NCBI RefSeq assembly: GCF_001469955.1
Contig: NZ_LOPU01000018.1
Span: forward strand, 1 to 64,000
Length of the DNA: 64,000 nt
Source of the DNA: Haloprofundus marisrubri
Lineage (GTDB): Archaea > Halobacteriota > Halobacteria > Halobacteriales > Haloferacaceae
Reading direction: 5' to 3'
The notes below the pieces were generated by a model. That model saw only the letters and a list, made by a program, of their open reading frames with translations. It was not told where the DNA came from and ran no database searches. The position numbers and the translations under genes were made by a program. Of this stretch, positions 47,741 to 57,712 are shown piece by piece; position 1 is the first letter of the stretch; every line of letters begins with the position of its first letter.

Positions 47741-48805
47741 CTAACTCGTTCGTTCCCGGCCGGTCCACTCCCAGCCGAACCCTTCGTGGACGACGAACTC
47801 CAGCGCGTTCACGAGGTAGTGGGCGACGACGACCACGAGGAGGCTCTCGGTGAGGACGAACGCCGCCGCGAGAACGAAGCCGATTGCACCGGTGACGAGA
47901 ATGCCGACCGGCCCCTGCGCCCCGTGGCCGAGGCCGAACGCAATCGACGAGAACACGGCGAGAAGCCACGGCGAGATATCGAATCCGGCGGCGAGGACGC
48001 CGATAAGCGCGCCGCGAAACAGGAGTTCCTCGAATCCGGCGATGATGGGGAGCACGACCAAGAGGAGTATCGCCCAGCCACCGATAGAGTCGGGTGCGAG
48101 CGCCTCTCGGAGCGCTTCACCACCACCCAAATCGAACCGCTCACCGGCCATCGCCGCACCCTCGTTGAGCACGTAGAGACCGACGCCGAACGCGATACCG
48201 AGACCGACTGCGGTGAGGTCCGTCGTCGCCGCGGTGACACCGAACGCCGAGGCGGGAATCTCCGCCACCCACGCTCCGGCGAGCAACAACCCGGCGAACA
48301 ACCCTTGCGAGAGCGCGACGTTCGCCAGCAGCGCCCCCGTCGAGAGGTCGGCTGCCGCCCCGAGGTCGGTGTCCGAATCGGCCGTGTCGTCATCGTCGCT
48401 CTGTCGGGCGGGCGCTGGGCCGTACTGTACTCGACCCGGAAACTCCACGTCTTCGAGACGCTTCGGTCGCTCGGCGGCAGGCGTCGTCTCTCGTCCGGTC
48501 ACGGGTGGTGTCTCTGCGTCGTCGTGGTCGGTACTGGAGTCGAACGGCACGCCGGCGGTGGTAGAATCAGTCGCACTGGCGGTGTTCGGAGCGGTGTCGA
48601 CATCGGCGACGGTGCCAGCGGCCGACGCGTCGACACTCGCCGTTTCGGCCTCGGAGTCGGCTTCGTCGCCGTTCTCGTCGCTATCGCTGGCGATGTCGTC
48701 GACGGCACTGCCGTCGCTCACGACACCTTGCGACGCACGAGCCAACAAAAGTAAAAGCGCGAGGACGACGCCCGCGAATCCCGCGAACGTCGACCAATCA
48801 GCCAT
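47741..48805 (-). CDS. CPBP family intramembrane metalloprotease with a long acidic N-terminal extension
   Basis: '[11 protein letters not shown]' and 'FGLGH' motifs in the C-terminal polytopic domain. Highly acidic N-terminal ~150 aa after an initial TM. Confidence 0.75.
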   Translation of the reverse strand: MADWSTFAGFAGVVLALLLLLARASQGVVSDGSAVDDIASDSDENGDEADSEAETASVDASAAGTVADVDTAPNTASATDSTTAGVPFDSSTDHDDAETPPVTGRETTPAAERPKRLEDVEFPGRVQYGPAPARQSDDDDTADSDTDLGAAADLSTGALLANVALSQGLFAGLLLAGAWVAEIPASAFGVTAATTDLTAVGLGIAFGVGLYVLNEGAAMAGERFDLGGGEALREALAPDSIGGWAILLLVVLPIIAGFEELLFRGALIGVLAAGFDISPWLLAVFSSIAFGLGHGAQGPVGILVTGAIGFVLAAAFVLTESLLVVVVAHYLVNALEFVVHEGFGWEWTGRERTS

Positions 48806-48810
48806 CTACG

Positions 48811-50874
48811 TTACTGCGGACTGGGGTTCGAGGGGCTGGGGGAGCCTTGCTTCTCGAATGCCGACCCGGTGATGCTCTTGAGGCGGTCGACGAGCGAATC
48901 CTTCTCGGGTTCGCCTTCGAGCGCCACGTCGAGCACTTCGCTGATGTGGCTGACGGGGATGATTTCTATCATCTCCTCGTACTCGTCTTCTATCATCACG
49001 TCCTGTTCGTTCGCTCTCGGGATGATGACACGGTCCATCCCCGCCTTGGCGGCGGCCTCGATTTTGTGCGTGACCCCGCCGACTGGGAGCACGTCACCGC
49101 GGACCGACAGCGAACCGGTCATCGCCAGCGACTGGTCGACGCCGACGTCTTCCAGCGCGCTGATGACGGCGGCTGCGACGGTGATGGAGGCGGAGTCGCC
49201 GTCGACGCCGCCCTGTCCGGCCTGCACGAACTGGATGTGGATGTCCTTCTCGGAGATGTTCTCGTCGGAGAACTTCTTGATGATAGCCGAGACGTTGTCG
49301 ACGGCCTCTTGGGCCATCTCTTTGAGCTGACCGGTGGCGATGACCGTACCGGGGCCCTGCGAAGGCGTCACTTCGGCCATCACGGGAAGGACGATACCGG
49401 AGTCCTCACCCATGACCGCGAGTCCGTTGACGCGGCCGACGACGTAGCCCTCGTTGACCGAGAGTTCGTAGTCTTTGCGCCGCTGGATGAAGTCGTCCGC
49501 GAGCTGCTGTTCGATGCTGCGGGAGCGACCTTTCGCTTGGAGCACGTGTTCGCGCGTGGTGAACTCGGCGTCCTCGGCGCGGGCCATGTCGCCCGCGACG
49601 CGGACCAAGCCCCCAAGGTTACGCAGTTCGAGGGTGAGGTGGCCTTTCCGGCCCGCGCGGCGACGGGCTTCGAGGATGATTTCCTCGATGGCAGCCTCGT
49701 TGAACGAGGGGAGGCGACCGTCTTTGGCGACCTCTTGGGCGACGAAGCGCGCGTACTTGCGGCGCATCGCCGGCGTGTCCTCGATGGTGTCGTCCATGTA
49801 CACCTCGTACCCGTACCCTTTGATACGGGAACGGAGCGCGGGGTGCATGTTCTCCATCGCGTCGAGGTTCCCCGCCGCGACCATCACGAAGTCCGTCGGG
49901 ACCGGTTCCGTCTGGACCATCGCACCCGAGGAGCGCTCGGACTGGCCGGTGATGGAGAACTCCCGCTCCTGAATCGCCGTCATCAGATGCTGCTGGGAGC
50001 GGATGTCGAGCGTGTTGATTTCGTCGACGAACAACACGCCTTTGTTCGCTTTGTGAATCGCGCCGGCTTCGACGCGGTCGTGACTCGGCGTCTCCATCCC
50101 ACCGGACTGGAACGGGTCGTGGCGGACGTCGCCGAGCAGTGCACCGGCGTGTGCGCCGGTGGCGTCCTCGAACGGGGCCGTCGACGTGTCGGCGTTGTTC
50201 ACGAGGAGGTTCGGAATCATCGCGTCGCTGCCGCGGGAACCGTAGCGGAAGGCGAGGAAGATGATACCCGCTGCGAGAATACCCAGAAGCACTTGCTGGG
50301 CGATGATGAGCGAGTAGCCCACGACCACCGCGATGATAATCCACATGAGGAACGAGCGCATCTGGTTGCGCTTTCTGGCTTCCTCCTTGTGGGCCTCGAC
50401 TATCTGTTCACCTTTCCCGGCGGGGACGGTCCGAACCTTCGGTTCGTTGCCGTCGTCGGGGTTGTGGTAGACGAGAACGTCCTGAAGTTCCTCTTTCGGG
50501 AGGAGTTCACTCATCGCCTTCGCCAGCATCGACTTCCCGGTGCCCGGAGAGCCGATCATCATGACGTGGCGACGCTGTTTGGCCGCTTTCAGGATGACGT
50601 CGCGAGCGTGCTCCTGTCCGATGACCTGGTCGACGAGGCGGTCGGGAACCTCGATATCTTCGGTGGTCTCGATTTTGAGGCCGCCGAGGAGGTCGTCCTC
50701 GTCGACGTCGTCGGCTACCTCCGCAGACACCTCGACGTCGCTTCCGAGGTCGTCGATGGTCCGCTCGTCGGTCCCGTCGTCGACGGGGTCGGTGACGTCC
50801 TTCTCGGACGTCGGCGCGGACTCGTCTGCCCCCTGTTCCGGGAGGCTGTCGTCTTTATCCATGTCGTTGCTCAT
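48811..50874 (-). CDS. lonB: archaeal membrane-bound Lon protease (LonB)
   Basis: Walker A 'MIGSPGTGKSM'. TM hairpin inserted in the AAA+ domain (FLMWIIIAVVVGYSLII...). C-terminal Lon protease domain with 'SITVAAAV'. 687 aa. Confidence 0.9.
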   Translation of the reverse strand: MSNDMDKDDSLPEQGADESAPTSEKDVTDPVDDGTDERTIDDLGSDVEVSAEVADDVDEDDLLGGLKIETTEDIEVPDRLVDQVIGQEHARDVILKAAKQRRHVMMIGSPGTGKSMLAKAMSELLPKEELQDVLVYHNPDDGNEPKVRTVPAGKGEQIVEAHKEEARKRNQMRSFLMWIIIAVVVGYSLIIAQQVLLGILAAGIIFLAFRYGSRGSDAMIPNLLVNNADTSTAPFEDATGAHAGALLGDVRHDPFQSGGMETPSHDRVEAGAIHKANKGVLFVDEINTLDIRSQQHLMTAIQEREFSITGQSERSSGAMVQTEPVPTDFVMVAAGNLDAMENMHPALRSRIKGYGYEVYMDDTIEDTPAMRRKYARFVAQEVAKDGRLPSFNEAAIEEIILEARRRAGRKGHLTLELRNLGGLVRVAGDMARAEDAEFTTREHVLQAKGRSRSIEQQLADDFIQRRKDYELSVNEGYVVGRVNGLAVMGEDSGIVLPVMAEVTPSQGPGTVIATGQLKEMAQEAVDNVSAIIKKFSDENISEKDIHIQFVQAGQGGVDGDSASITVAAAVISALEDVGVDQSLAMTGSLSVRGDVLPVGGVTHKIEAAAKAGMDRVIIPRANEQDVMIEDEYEEMIEIIPVSHISEVLDVALEGEPEKDSLVDRLKSITGSAFEKQGSPSPSNPSPQ

Positions 50875-50911
50875 AGAACTGTGTCGCTACCTGTCCGGAG
50901 GGTCGCTCGCC

Positions 50912-50918
50912 TGATATA
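50912..50918 (-). promoter_or_regulatory. TATA-like element for lonB
   Basis: Minus-strand sense 'gtatatc' lies 38-44 nt upstream of the lonB ATG. Confidence 0.35.
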
Positions 50919-51010
50919 CTTTCTCCCCGAGCATCCGTCGCTCTTCGAACCAGTCTGCCAGCTTATAGGCTTCTCGCGGCCGTTTTCGGCACTTCGGACG
51001 ACTCGCCGTG

Positions 51011-51020
51011 TTTATAAATA
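51011..51020 (+). promoter_or_regulatory. TATA box for the nadM operon
   Basis: 'tttataaata' is centred about 27 nt upstream of the ATG at 51042. Confidence 0.55.
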
Positions 51021-51041
51021 CTGCGACGGTACTGTTCAGTC

Positions 51042-51575
51042 ATGCGGGGGTTCTACATCGGGCGGTTCCAACCGTACCACAACGGCCACCACCACATGGT
51101 CGAAGAGATTGCGACCGAAGTCGACGAACTCGTTCTCGGTATCGGGAGCGCAGGCGACTCACACACGCCGCGCAACCCGTTCACCGCGGGCGAACGCGTC
51201 ATGATGCTGACGAAGTCGCTGTCGGAGTTCGACCTCACGACCTACGTCGTCCCCATCGAGGACCTCGACCGTAACTCCGTCTGGGTGAGCCACGTCCAGA
51301 GCATGTCGCCGAGTTTCGACGTCGCGTACTCGAACAACCCGCTCGTCGTCCAACTGTTCAACGAGGCGGGCGTCGAAGTCCGTCAGTCGCCGATGTTCCG
51401 GCGCGAAGTGCTCGAAGGAACCGAACTCCGAGAACGGATGATTCAGGACGAAAACTGGCGACATCTCGTCCCGGAGGCAGTCGTCAACGTCGTCGAGGAG
51501 ATGGACGGCATCGAACGCATCCAGCGCGTCAGCGACTCCGACGCCAACGGCGACGGCAACTCCGACCCCGCCTGA
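51042..51575 (+). CDS. nadM: nicotinamide-nucleotide adenylyltransferase (archaeal NMNAT)
   Basis: 'GRFQPYHNGH' (HxGH nucleotidyltransferase motif). 177 aa. Confidence 0.85.
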   Translation: MRGFYIGRFQPYHNGHHHMVEEIATEVDELVLGIGSAGDSHTPRNPFTAGERVMMLTKSLSEFDLTTYVVPIEDLDRNSVWVSHVQSMSPSFDVAYSNNPLVVQLFNEAGVEVRQSPMFRREVLEGTELRERMIQDENWRHLVPEAVVNVVEEMDGIERIQRVSDSDANGDGNSDPA

Positions 51576-51576
51576 G

Positions 51577-52341
51577 ATGATTACGCTGGCCTCCGACTTC
51601 GGCACGCCGTACCCCGCGGCGATGAAAGGCGTCATCCTCGCGCGCAGCGACGCCCGACTGGTCGACGTCGCCCACGACTTTCCCCGACAGGACGTTCGCA
51701 CGGCGGCCTTTTGGCTCCGCGAAGTGCTCCCGTACTTTCCTCCCGCGGTCCATCTCGCCGTCGTCGACCCCGGCGTCGGCACCGACCGCGCTGCCCTCGT
51801 CGTCCGCGCGGGCGAACACGCACTCGTCGGTCCCGACAATGGCCTGTTGCTCCCGGTCGCCCGCCGACTCGCCGGAGAGAATGGAGAAATGAGGGTGTTC
51901 GACTACGCCTACGAGGACCCCGACTCCGCGACGTTCCACGGCCGGGACGTGTTCGCACCCGCCACGGCCGAAGTTCACGACGTCGGCGTCGACGCCGTAG
52001 AGACGCTCGACGCCGTCTCACCGGCCGCCGAGTTCGTCGACTACGAGTTCCCCAAACCAGAACTCCGCGACGACGACGCCACCGGCGAGGTGCTCGTCGT
52101 CGACGACTTCGGCAACGCCATCACGAACCTCCCCGGTGCCCTCCTCGACGGCCGCGACGAGGGGGCTGTAAACGACGAACGCGTCCCCGTCGGTGGGTCG
52201 TTCGCCGCCGTCGATACGGGTGAGCGACTCCTCACCGTCGGCAGTCACGGCCACGTCGAACTCGCGGTCAACCGGGGCCGCGGCGACGACGCGTTCGACG
52301 TCGGCGTCGGTGACGAGATTCGCCTGCGATTCGATGGTTGA
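51577..52341 (+). CDS. SAM hydroxide adenosyltransferase / SAM hydrolase (DUF62, fluorinase/chlorinase-like fold)
   Basis: 'ITLASDFGTPYPAAMKGVI' and 'VVDPGVGTDR' are typical of the DUF62 family. The start lies 2 nt after the nadM stop. Confidence 0.7.
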   Translation: MITLASDFGTPYPAAMKGVILARSDARLVDVAHDFPRQDVRTAAFWLREVLPYFPPAVHLAVVDPGVGTDRAALVVRAGEHALVGPDNGLLLPVARRLAGENGEMRVFDYAYEDPDSATFHGRDVFAPATAEVHDVGVDAVETLDAVSPAAEFVDYEFPKPELRDDDATGEVLVVDDFGNAITNLPGALLDGRDEGAVNDERVPVGGSFAAVDTGERLLTVGSHGHVELAVNRGRGDDAFDVGVGDEIRLRFDG

Positions 52342-52942
52342 CGCCTTCTCGGTGATGAACCTCGTCGGCCTCGTCGCCTTCGCCGTCGTCGGCGCGCTGA
52401 AAGCCGCCGACGCGGACCTCGACCTCTTCGGCGTGGCGGTTCTCGGTATCCTCACCGCCCTCGGCGGCGGCACGATGCGTGACGTACTCGTCGGCCGGAC
52501 GCCCGCGTCGCTGCAGTCGGTCGCCGACGTGAGTGTCGCGTTCGTCGGCGTCGGCCTCGCCGTCGCGCTCTCGTCGCTCGTCTCGGGTCGACTGCGCGAC
52601 CACCCGGCGATACAACTGCCCGACGCTATCGGATTAGCCGCGTTCGCCGCGACGGGCGCACTTGTCGGTGCTGAGGCAGGGCTGTCGCCGTACGGCGTCG
52701 TCGTGCTCGCGACGCTCACCGCCGTCGGGGGCGGGAGTCTCGCGGACCTGTTGCTGACGAGAGTGCCCGTCGTCCTCCGCGAGGACTTCTACGCGACGCC
52801 CGCGTTGCTCGGTGGTGTCGTGTTCTGGGCGCTCGTGAGGGGTGGTCTCTCAGCCGACTTTGCCGCCGTCGCGTGTGCGGTGTTCGTCCTCGTCGTCCGA
52901 CTCGTGGCGCTTCGACGGGACTGGTCGTTGCCGCGGGTGTGA
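52335..52942 (+). CDS. trimeric intracellular cation channel family membrane protein (TRIC/UPF0126, YadS-like)
   Basis: Two repeats carrying a Gly-rich 'GGGTMRD' / 'GGGSLAD' motif. Seven predicted TM helices. The ATG at 52335 overlaps the preceding stop. Confidence 0.65.
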
Positions 52943-53115
52943 CGTTCCGCACCTCTCGAATCGCTTCTGGTTGTCTCACTCTACGGGTCACTCCACGCAG
53001 TGGTCTTATACTGAGAGTCGTGTGCGCGTGCTAAGACTGTGTAGACCGTCTGTACCGAACGGTCCTCAGCTCAACGCCGACAAAAAATCGATGGGTCGAA
53101 AGTCGAAAACGCGTG

Positions 53116-54684
53116 TTACTCGGCGGCGATGACGTCGTCGATACGGACAATCATCGTCGCGGCTTCGGTGGCGGACTCGATGGCCTCGCGCTTGACCGCT
53201 GCGGGGTCGAGAATGCCGGCTTCGACGGGGTCGCCGATTTCGCCGGCGCGGCCCGTCGAGATGATGCCTGCGCGGCCGTCCTTCTCGTGGGCGGCGCGGA
53301 GGTCGACCAGCGCGTCGATGGAGTCCATTCCCGTGTTCTCCGCGAGCGTGCGCGGGAGACTGTCGACGGCGTCGGCGAAGGCGGTGACCGCGAGCTGTTT
53401 GCGGCCTTCGATACCCGCCGACTCCGAGCGGATGTAGTCGGAGATGGCGATTTCGGTCGCACCAGCGCCGGGGACGACGCCGCCTTTGTCGAGCGCTGCG
53501 ATGACTACGTCGATAGCGTCGTTCATCGCGCGTTCGAGTTCGTCGACGACGTGTTCGGTTCCGCCGCGGAGGAACAGCGTGACGGATTTCGACGCTTTGC
53601 CGCCCTCGATGAAGGTGAGTTCGTCGTCACCGTACTTTTTCACTTGGACGCTGTCGACGTGACCGAAGTCGGACTCGTCGAGGTCCGAGAGCGAGCCGAG
53701 ACGCTTCGCACCGCTCGCGCGAGCGAGTGCGCGGGCGTCGGATTTCTTCACGCTCTTGAACGCGAGGATGCCCGCGTCGGCGAGGTAGCCGGCGACGCGG
53801 TCGTCGATGGCTTTCGTGCAGAACACGACGTCGACGCCGGCGTCCTTGAGAGTTTTCGCGTAGCCGCGGAGTTCGGTGTCTTCGGCCTCGATGGCGGCGT
53901 TGAGTTGGTCGACGTTGGTGATGTTGTACTCGGTGTCGGCCTCGGCTTTGCGCACGTCGAGTTTCATGTCCAGAACGACGGTCGTGGCGTCCTCGACGCT
54001 CCGGGGCATGTTGTCGCTGACGGGTTCCTTGTCGATGACGACGCCCTCGACGAGTTCGGTCGCGCTGGAACTCGCGCCGGTCTTCGTGTGGACGTGGATA
54101 TCGTCGCGGTCGATGCGTTCGCCCTCGGCGACTTGTCGGACCGCTTTGACGACCTGTTTCGCCAGCACGTCGGCGGTCACGTCGCCGGTTCCTTTGCCGG
54201 TCATCGAGGATTCGGCGACCTGTTCGAGGATGTCGTCTTCGAGGTCGATGTCGAGGACCTGCGCGTCGATGGCCTCCTGAGCGAGGCGGGCGGCCTCGTG
54301 GTAGCCCTCGACGATGACCGTCGGGTGGAGGTCGGATTCGAGGAGGTCTTCGGCCTGCGCGAGGAGTTCGCCGGTCAGAACGGCGGCCGTCGTGGTGCCG
54401 TCACCGACTTCGTCCTCTTGGGTCTGCGATACCTCGACAATCATCTGTGCGGCGGGGTGTTCGATATCCATCTCTTTGAGGATGGTCGCGCCGTCGTTGG
54501 TGATGACGACCTCACCCGAGGAGTCGACGAGCATCTTGTCCATCCCGCGGGGGCCGAGTGTCGTTCGGACCGCGTTGGCGACGGCTTTGCCCGCTCGAAT
54601 GTTCGAGTCCTGGGCGGCCTGTCCGCGGGTCCGTTCGCTGCCTTCTGCGAGAATAAACATCGGTTGCTGCATGCGTGATGCCAT
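53116..54684 (-). CDS. ths: thermosome subunit (group II chaperonin)
   Basis: 'GPRGMDKML' and 'ITNDGATIL'. ATP-binding 'GDGTTT'. 522 aa. Confidence 0.9.
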   Translation of the reverse strand: MASRMQQPMFILAEGSERTRGQAAQDSNIRAGKAVANAVRTTLGPRGMDKMLVDSSGEVVITNDGATILKEMDIEHPAAQMIVEVSQTQEDEVGDGTTTAAVLTGELLAQAEDLLESDLHPTVIVEGYHEAARLAQEAIDAQVLDIDLEDDILEQVAESSMTGKGTGDVTADVLAKQVVKAVRQVAEGERIDRDDIHVHTKTGASSSATELVEGVVIDKEPVSDNMPRSVEDATTVVLDMKLDVRKAEADTEYNITNVDQLNAAIEAEDTELRGYAKTLKDAGVDVVFCTKAIDDRVAGYLADAGILAFKSVKKSDARALARASGAKRLGSLSDLDESDFGHVDSVQVKKYGDDELTFIEGGKASKSVTLFLRGGTEHVVDELERAMNDAIDVVIAALDKGGVVPGAGATEIAISDYIRSESAGIEGRKQLAVTAFADAVDSLPRTLAENTGMDSIDALVDLRAAHEKDGRAGIISTGRAGEIGDPVEAGILDPAAVKREAIESATEAATMIVRIDDVIAAE

Positions 54685-54714
54685 GGTGAATGAACCTCAG
54701 CGGTCCATGGTTTG

Positions 54715-54750
54715 CAGTTCTATATATAGTTTTCGTAGAATCGTTCGAAA
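54715..54750 (-). promoter_or_regulatory. thermosome promoter: TATA box (tatatata) plus an upstream CGAA-containing element
   Basis: 'tatatata' at 54721-54728 lies 37-44 nt upstream of the ATG at 54684. 'tcgttcgaaa' at 54741-54750 resembles the heat-shock-responsive elements described for haloarchaeal cct promoters. Confidence 0.55.
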
Positions 54751-54807
54751 ATCACCCGCAGAGACGCCGCTCTGTCAGTTATTCTCTCGCAGAAAGTTGT
54801 TGGGGAC

Positions 54808-55119
54808 TCAGTTCGTCGAGTTCTCGACGCAGACAGTCCCATCGCCCTCGATGAGGACGGTTCGGCCCGCATAGGGGAACGAGAACGACCACGGAGTCAC
54901 TCCGTCGAAGAGGTCCTCCAGCGCGTCCGGGTCGATGCCGGTCTCGTACAGCGGCGGGAGGTCGTTCATATCGGCGTTTTTCGCGGCCGCGACGGCTTCG
55001 ACGACGGCGACGGTTACCCATTCGTCGCTCGTCGGGTCGTATGAGAAATACTGTACTCTGGTGCCGTCCTGTAACACGGGCTTGCTTGTCGGCTTGGTAT
55101 CTGACGTTTCGTGAGACAT
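54808..55119 (-). CDS. HalOD1 output-domain protein
   Basis: 103 aa. '[16 protein letters not shown]' and '[19 protein letters not shown]' match the halobacterial output domain 1 pattern. Confidence 0.65.
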   Translation of the reverse strand: MSHETSDTKPTSKPVLQDGTRVQYFSYDPTSDEWVTVAVVEAVAAAKNADMNDLPPLYETGIDPDALEDLFDGVTPWSFSFPYAGRTVLIEGDGTVCVENSTN

Positions 55120-55309
55120 TATGTCGTCGGTGTTCGCAGTCGATTCGTCGCTAATTCCACAGTGTTCGATTTGGGGAGTTGCCTCTCCTCACCACACACA
55201 CAGCGCGGGTCCCCCGCGCGTCGTAAGCAGTCTACAGCACCGACGACTATAGTACTTCGCCGCCGAGCGCTCGCAACGCTCATAACCCCGTGGGAAAACC
55301 GGACGCACG

Positions 55310-56137
55310 ATGCTGGAACTGGAACACGGGTTTCGCGTCGTCGACGTCCACACGCGCCTCGACCCGGACGCCGAGGACGTCGCAACCCACGGCCGGGCGC
55401 TCTCGCCGGAGCGACTCGAACGCGAGATGCATCAGGCGGGTGTCGTCCACGCTGTCGTCGCCCCCAGCGGTCACGAACGCGACGAGAGCTACCTCCGGTC
55501 GAACAACGCCGTCGCCCGACTCAGCGTCGACCGCCCGTTCTCGGCGTTCGCCCGCCTCGACGGTCCGCGCGACCCGTCGCCAACGACGGGCGCGCGACTC
55601 CGGAACCTCACCGCATCTCGCACGGAGCACCACACCTCACCGGGCGACGTCGAACGGTACGCCTACGACGACCGATTCCACGGCTTCGTCCTCGACCCCG
55701 CGGCCGACGGACTCCCGGACGAAGACATACTGGACATGCTCGACAACGTCGGCCTTCCCGTCGTCGTCCAGGGGTCGCCGGCGTTTCCGCCTTCGACGGC
55801 CGCCGAGACGGTTCTCGGGAGGTCGTTTCCGGTCGTTCTGACGAGTTTCGGCGGCTTTCCGCTCGACGACGACCGGATGCGGGCGGCGCTCGACCTGTTG
55901 GACCGATACGACGACCTGTATCTCGACACCAGTGCCGTCAGATATCGCTCGCTGCTCGAACGCGGCCTGCTCGAACATCCCGACCGGATTCTGTTCGGGA
56001 GCGGTGCACCGACGATCCACCCGAACGTCGCCGTGATGGAACTGTTGACGCTCGACGTCTCCGAAGACGCGATGACCCGGGCGTTCTCGAAGAACCCCGC
56101 GCGGGTGATTCCGTCGCTCGCCCCCGGCGGGCAGTGA
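55310..56137 (+). CDS. amidohydrolase-family metal-dependent hydrolase (TIM barrel)
   Basis: 'VVDVHTRL' N-terminal HxH-like metal ligand region, then a C-terminal 'LFGSGAPT...' stretch. Confidence 0.6.
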   Translation: MLELEHGFRVVDVHTRLDPDAEDVATHGRALSPERLEREMHQAGVVHAVVAPSGHERDESYLRSNNAVARLSVDRPFSAFARLDGPRDPSPTTGARLRNLTASRTEHHTSPGDVERYAYDDRFHGFVLDPAADGLPDEDILDMLDNVGLPVVVQGSPAFPPSTAAETVLGRSFPVVLTSFGGFPLDDDRMRAALDLLDRYDDLYLDTSAVRYRSLLERGLLEHPDRILFGSGAPTIHPNVAVMELLTLDVSEDAMTRAFSKNPARVIPSLAPGGQ

Positions 56138-56238
56138 GAGGACGAACGCGGAGACCGAGTTCATCGAGATTCGTCTCGCTCCGTTAGGTTTACCGCCATC
56201 ACTTTGCTTGCGACGAGGCTCGTTTCGCTTCGCTCAAC

Positions 56239-57147
56239 TCACCGCCAATCGTATCGCGCAACCGCGCGGTCGGCGCGTTTCGAGACGCCGTGGGGGTTCC
56301 GAGTCGCCGACCGGTCGCGGGCGCGGGCGACGAGTCCGTCGGAGGTTCCCATCGAGATACCGACAGTGACGTCGCGGCCGTTGCCGACCCACCTCGTGGG
56401 GGTTGCCTCGCCGCGGACCACGTCGCGAGCGGCGGAGTACGCGTCGCTGCCGGCGTGTGAGAGCGTTCGGCGAACGGTAGTCGGTCGGAGGCCGTAGTTC
56501 TTCACGAGTCGATACGCCAGCGCGCGATACTTCCAGTGATAGTCGCGGCGGTCGGTCCCACCGTCGGCTTCCGTCTCGTACTCGCGGCGGACGCACGCTT
56601 TCGGTTGCCACGAAACCGTCCCGCCGAATCCGGAGAGGCGGTGGGCGGCGTCTCGTGCGCCCCCGGTTTCGAGATACTCGTCGAAGCCGTCGAGTTTCGA
56701 CAACGTCTCCGCGCGGAACGCCACGTTACCGCCGTTGAAGTAAGTCACATCGCGGTCGCGGATGCGGCGGTGTTCGGGTGTCTCGGTCGTCATTCCCGCG
56801 CGAAGCGTCTGGTGAGTCGGACCGGTGACTACGTCGGCTTCGTCGAGGCCGTCGAGAATCGCGTCGCCCCACGTCTCTTCGACGAGGAGGTCGTTGCCGA
56901 CGAACGCGATGGCGTCGCCGGAGGCGACCTCGATGCCCGCGTTCCGGGTGACGTTCAGGGTCCGCGCCGACACCTCGACCAGCACGTCGACGTCGTCTCG
57001 GTCGCGGACCATCCCGGTCGTGCCGTCGGCGGAGGGGCCGTTGACGACAATCACCTCCGCGTCCGGGGCGGTCGCTGCCAACGCGTCGAGGCTGGCGGCG
57101 AGTTGGTCCCGGCTATTGAGTGTCGGGACGACGACCGAGAGCTCCAT
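56239..57147 (-). CDS. glycosyltransferase family 2
   Basis: 'LSVVVPTLNS...EVIVVNGPSADGT' and 'GDAIAFVGND' (DxD-like). Confidence 0.75.
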   Translation of the reverse strand: MELSVVVPTLNSRDQLAASLDALAATAPDAEVIVVNGPSADGTTGMVRDRDDVDVLVEVSARTLNVTRNAGIEVASGDAIAFVGNDLLVEETWGDAILDGLDEADVVTGPTHQTLRAGMTTETPEHRRIRDRDVTYFNGGNVAFRAETLSKLDGFDEYLETGGARDAAHRLSGFGGTVSWQPKACVRREYETEADGGTDRRDYHWKYRALAYRLVKNYGLRPTTVRRTLSHAGSDAYSAARDVVRGEATPTRWVGNGRDVTVGISMGTSDGLVARARDRSATRNPHGVSKRADRAVARYDWR

Positions 57148-57351
57148 ACCCCCCAGTGTGCGACGAACTACTTAAATTTCGCCACCGCTCGCTGTCGACA
57201 GATGCGAGCGATTCACACGCCGAGCGCCCCGAATCCACCGAAAGCGGTGCGGCGACAGTCGACGGATAACGGGTCACCGGACGCTGTTTTTGCAGGTTGC
57301 TCGTCGGTATCACACTGGTCGAGAAGTAGTCACGGTACGCTGTCGGGACGA

Positions 57352-57624
57352 TTACGTGTTGAGGAAGTACACCTGCTTGCGCGCGTCCTTGAAGCTGTAG
57401 CGTGAGCCGACGAGGTCGGACTCTTCGAGACGGTTCAGCGCGTAGCGGACGGTCCGGTCGGGAAGCAGCGACTCCTCGGCGAGCTGGCCCTGCGAGAGCG
57501 GTGCGTCGCCTTCGAGAACCTTGGCGACGAGCTTCGCGCTCGGGGGAAGTTCACGGAGGCGGTCACGGAACTCTGACTCCGAAAGGCGGTCCTGTTGGCT
57601 GGTCTCTGCGGTAGTGGTGCTCAT
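57352..57624 (-). CDS. winged-helix (MarR/TrmB-like) transcriptional regulator, small
   Basis: 90 aa. 'SAKLVAKVLEGDAPLSQGQLAEESLLPDRTVRYALNRLEESDLV'. Confidence 0.65.
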   Translation of the reverse strand: MSTTTAETSQQDRLSESEFRDRLRELPPSAKLVAKVLEGDAPLSQGQLAEESLLPDRTVRYALNRLEESDLVGSRYSFKDARKQVYFLNT

Positions 57625-57712
57625 ACCTTCTCGTGCGCTCGGTCAGTGGTAAAGTTTGGCTACATATGCGGCATACGAATCCAGATAGTATTATTTCCTA
57701 ATATCAATATTA

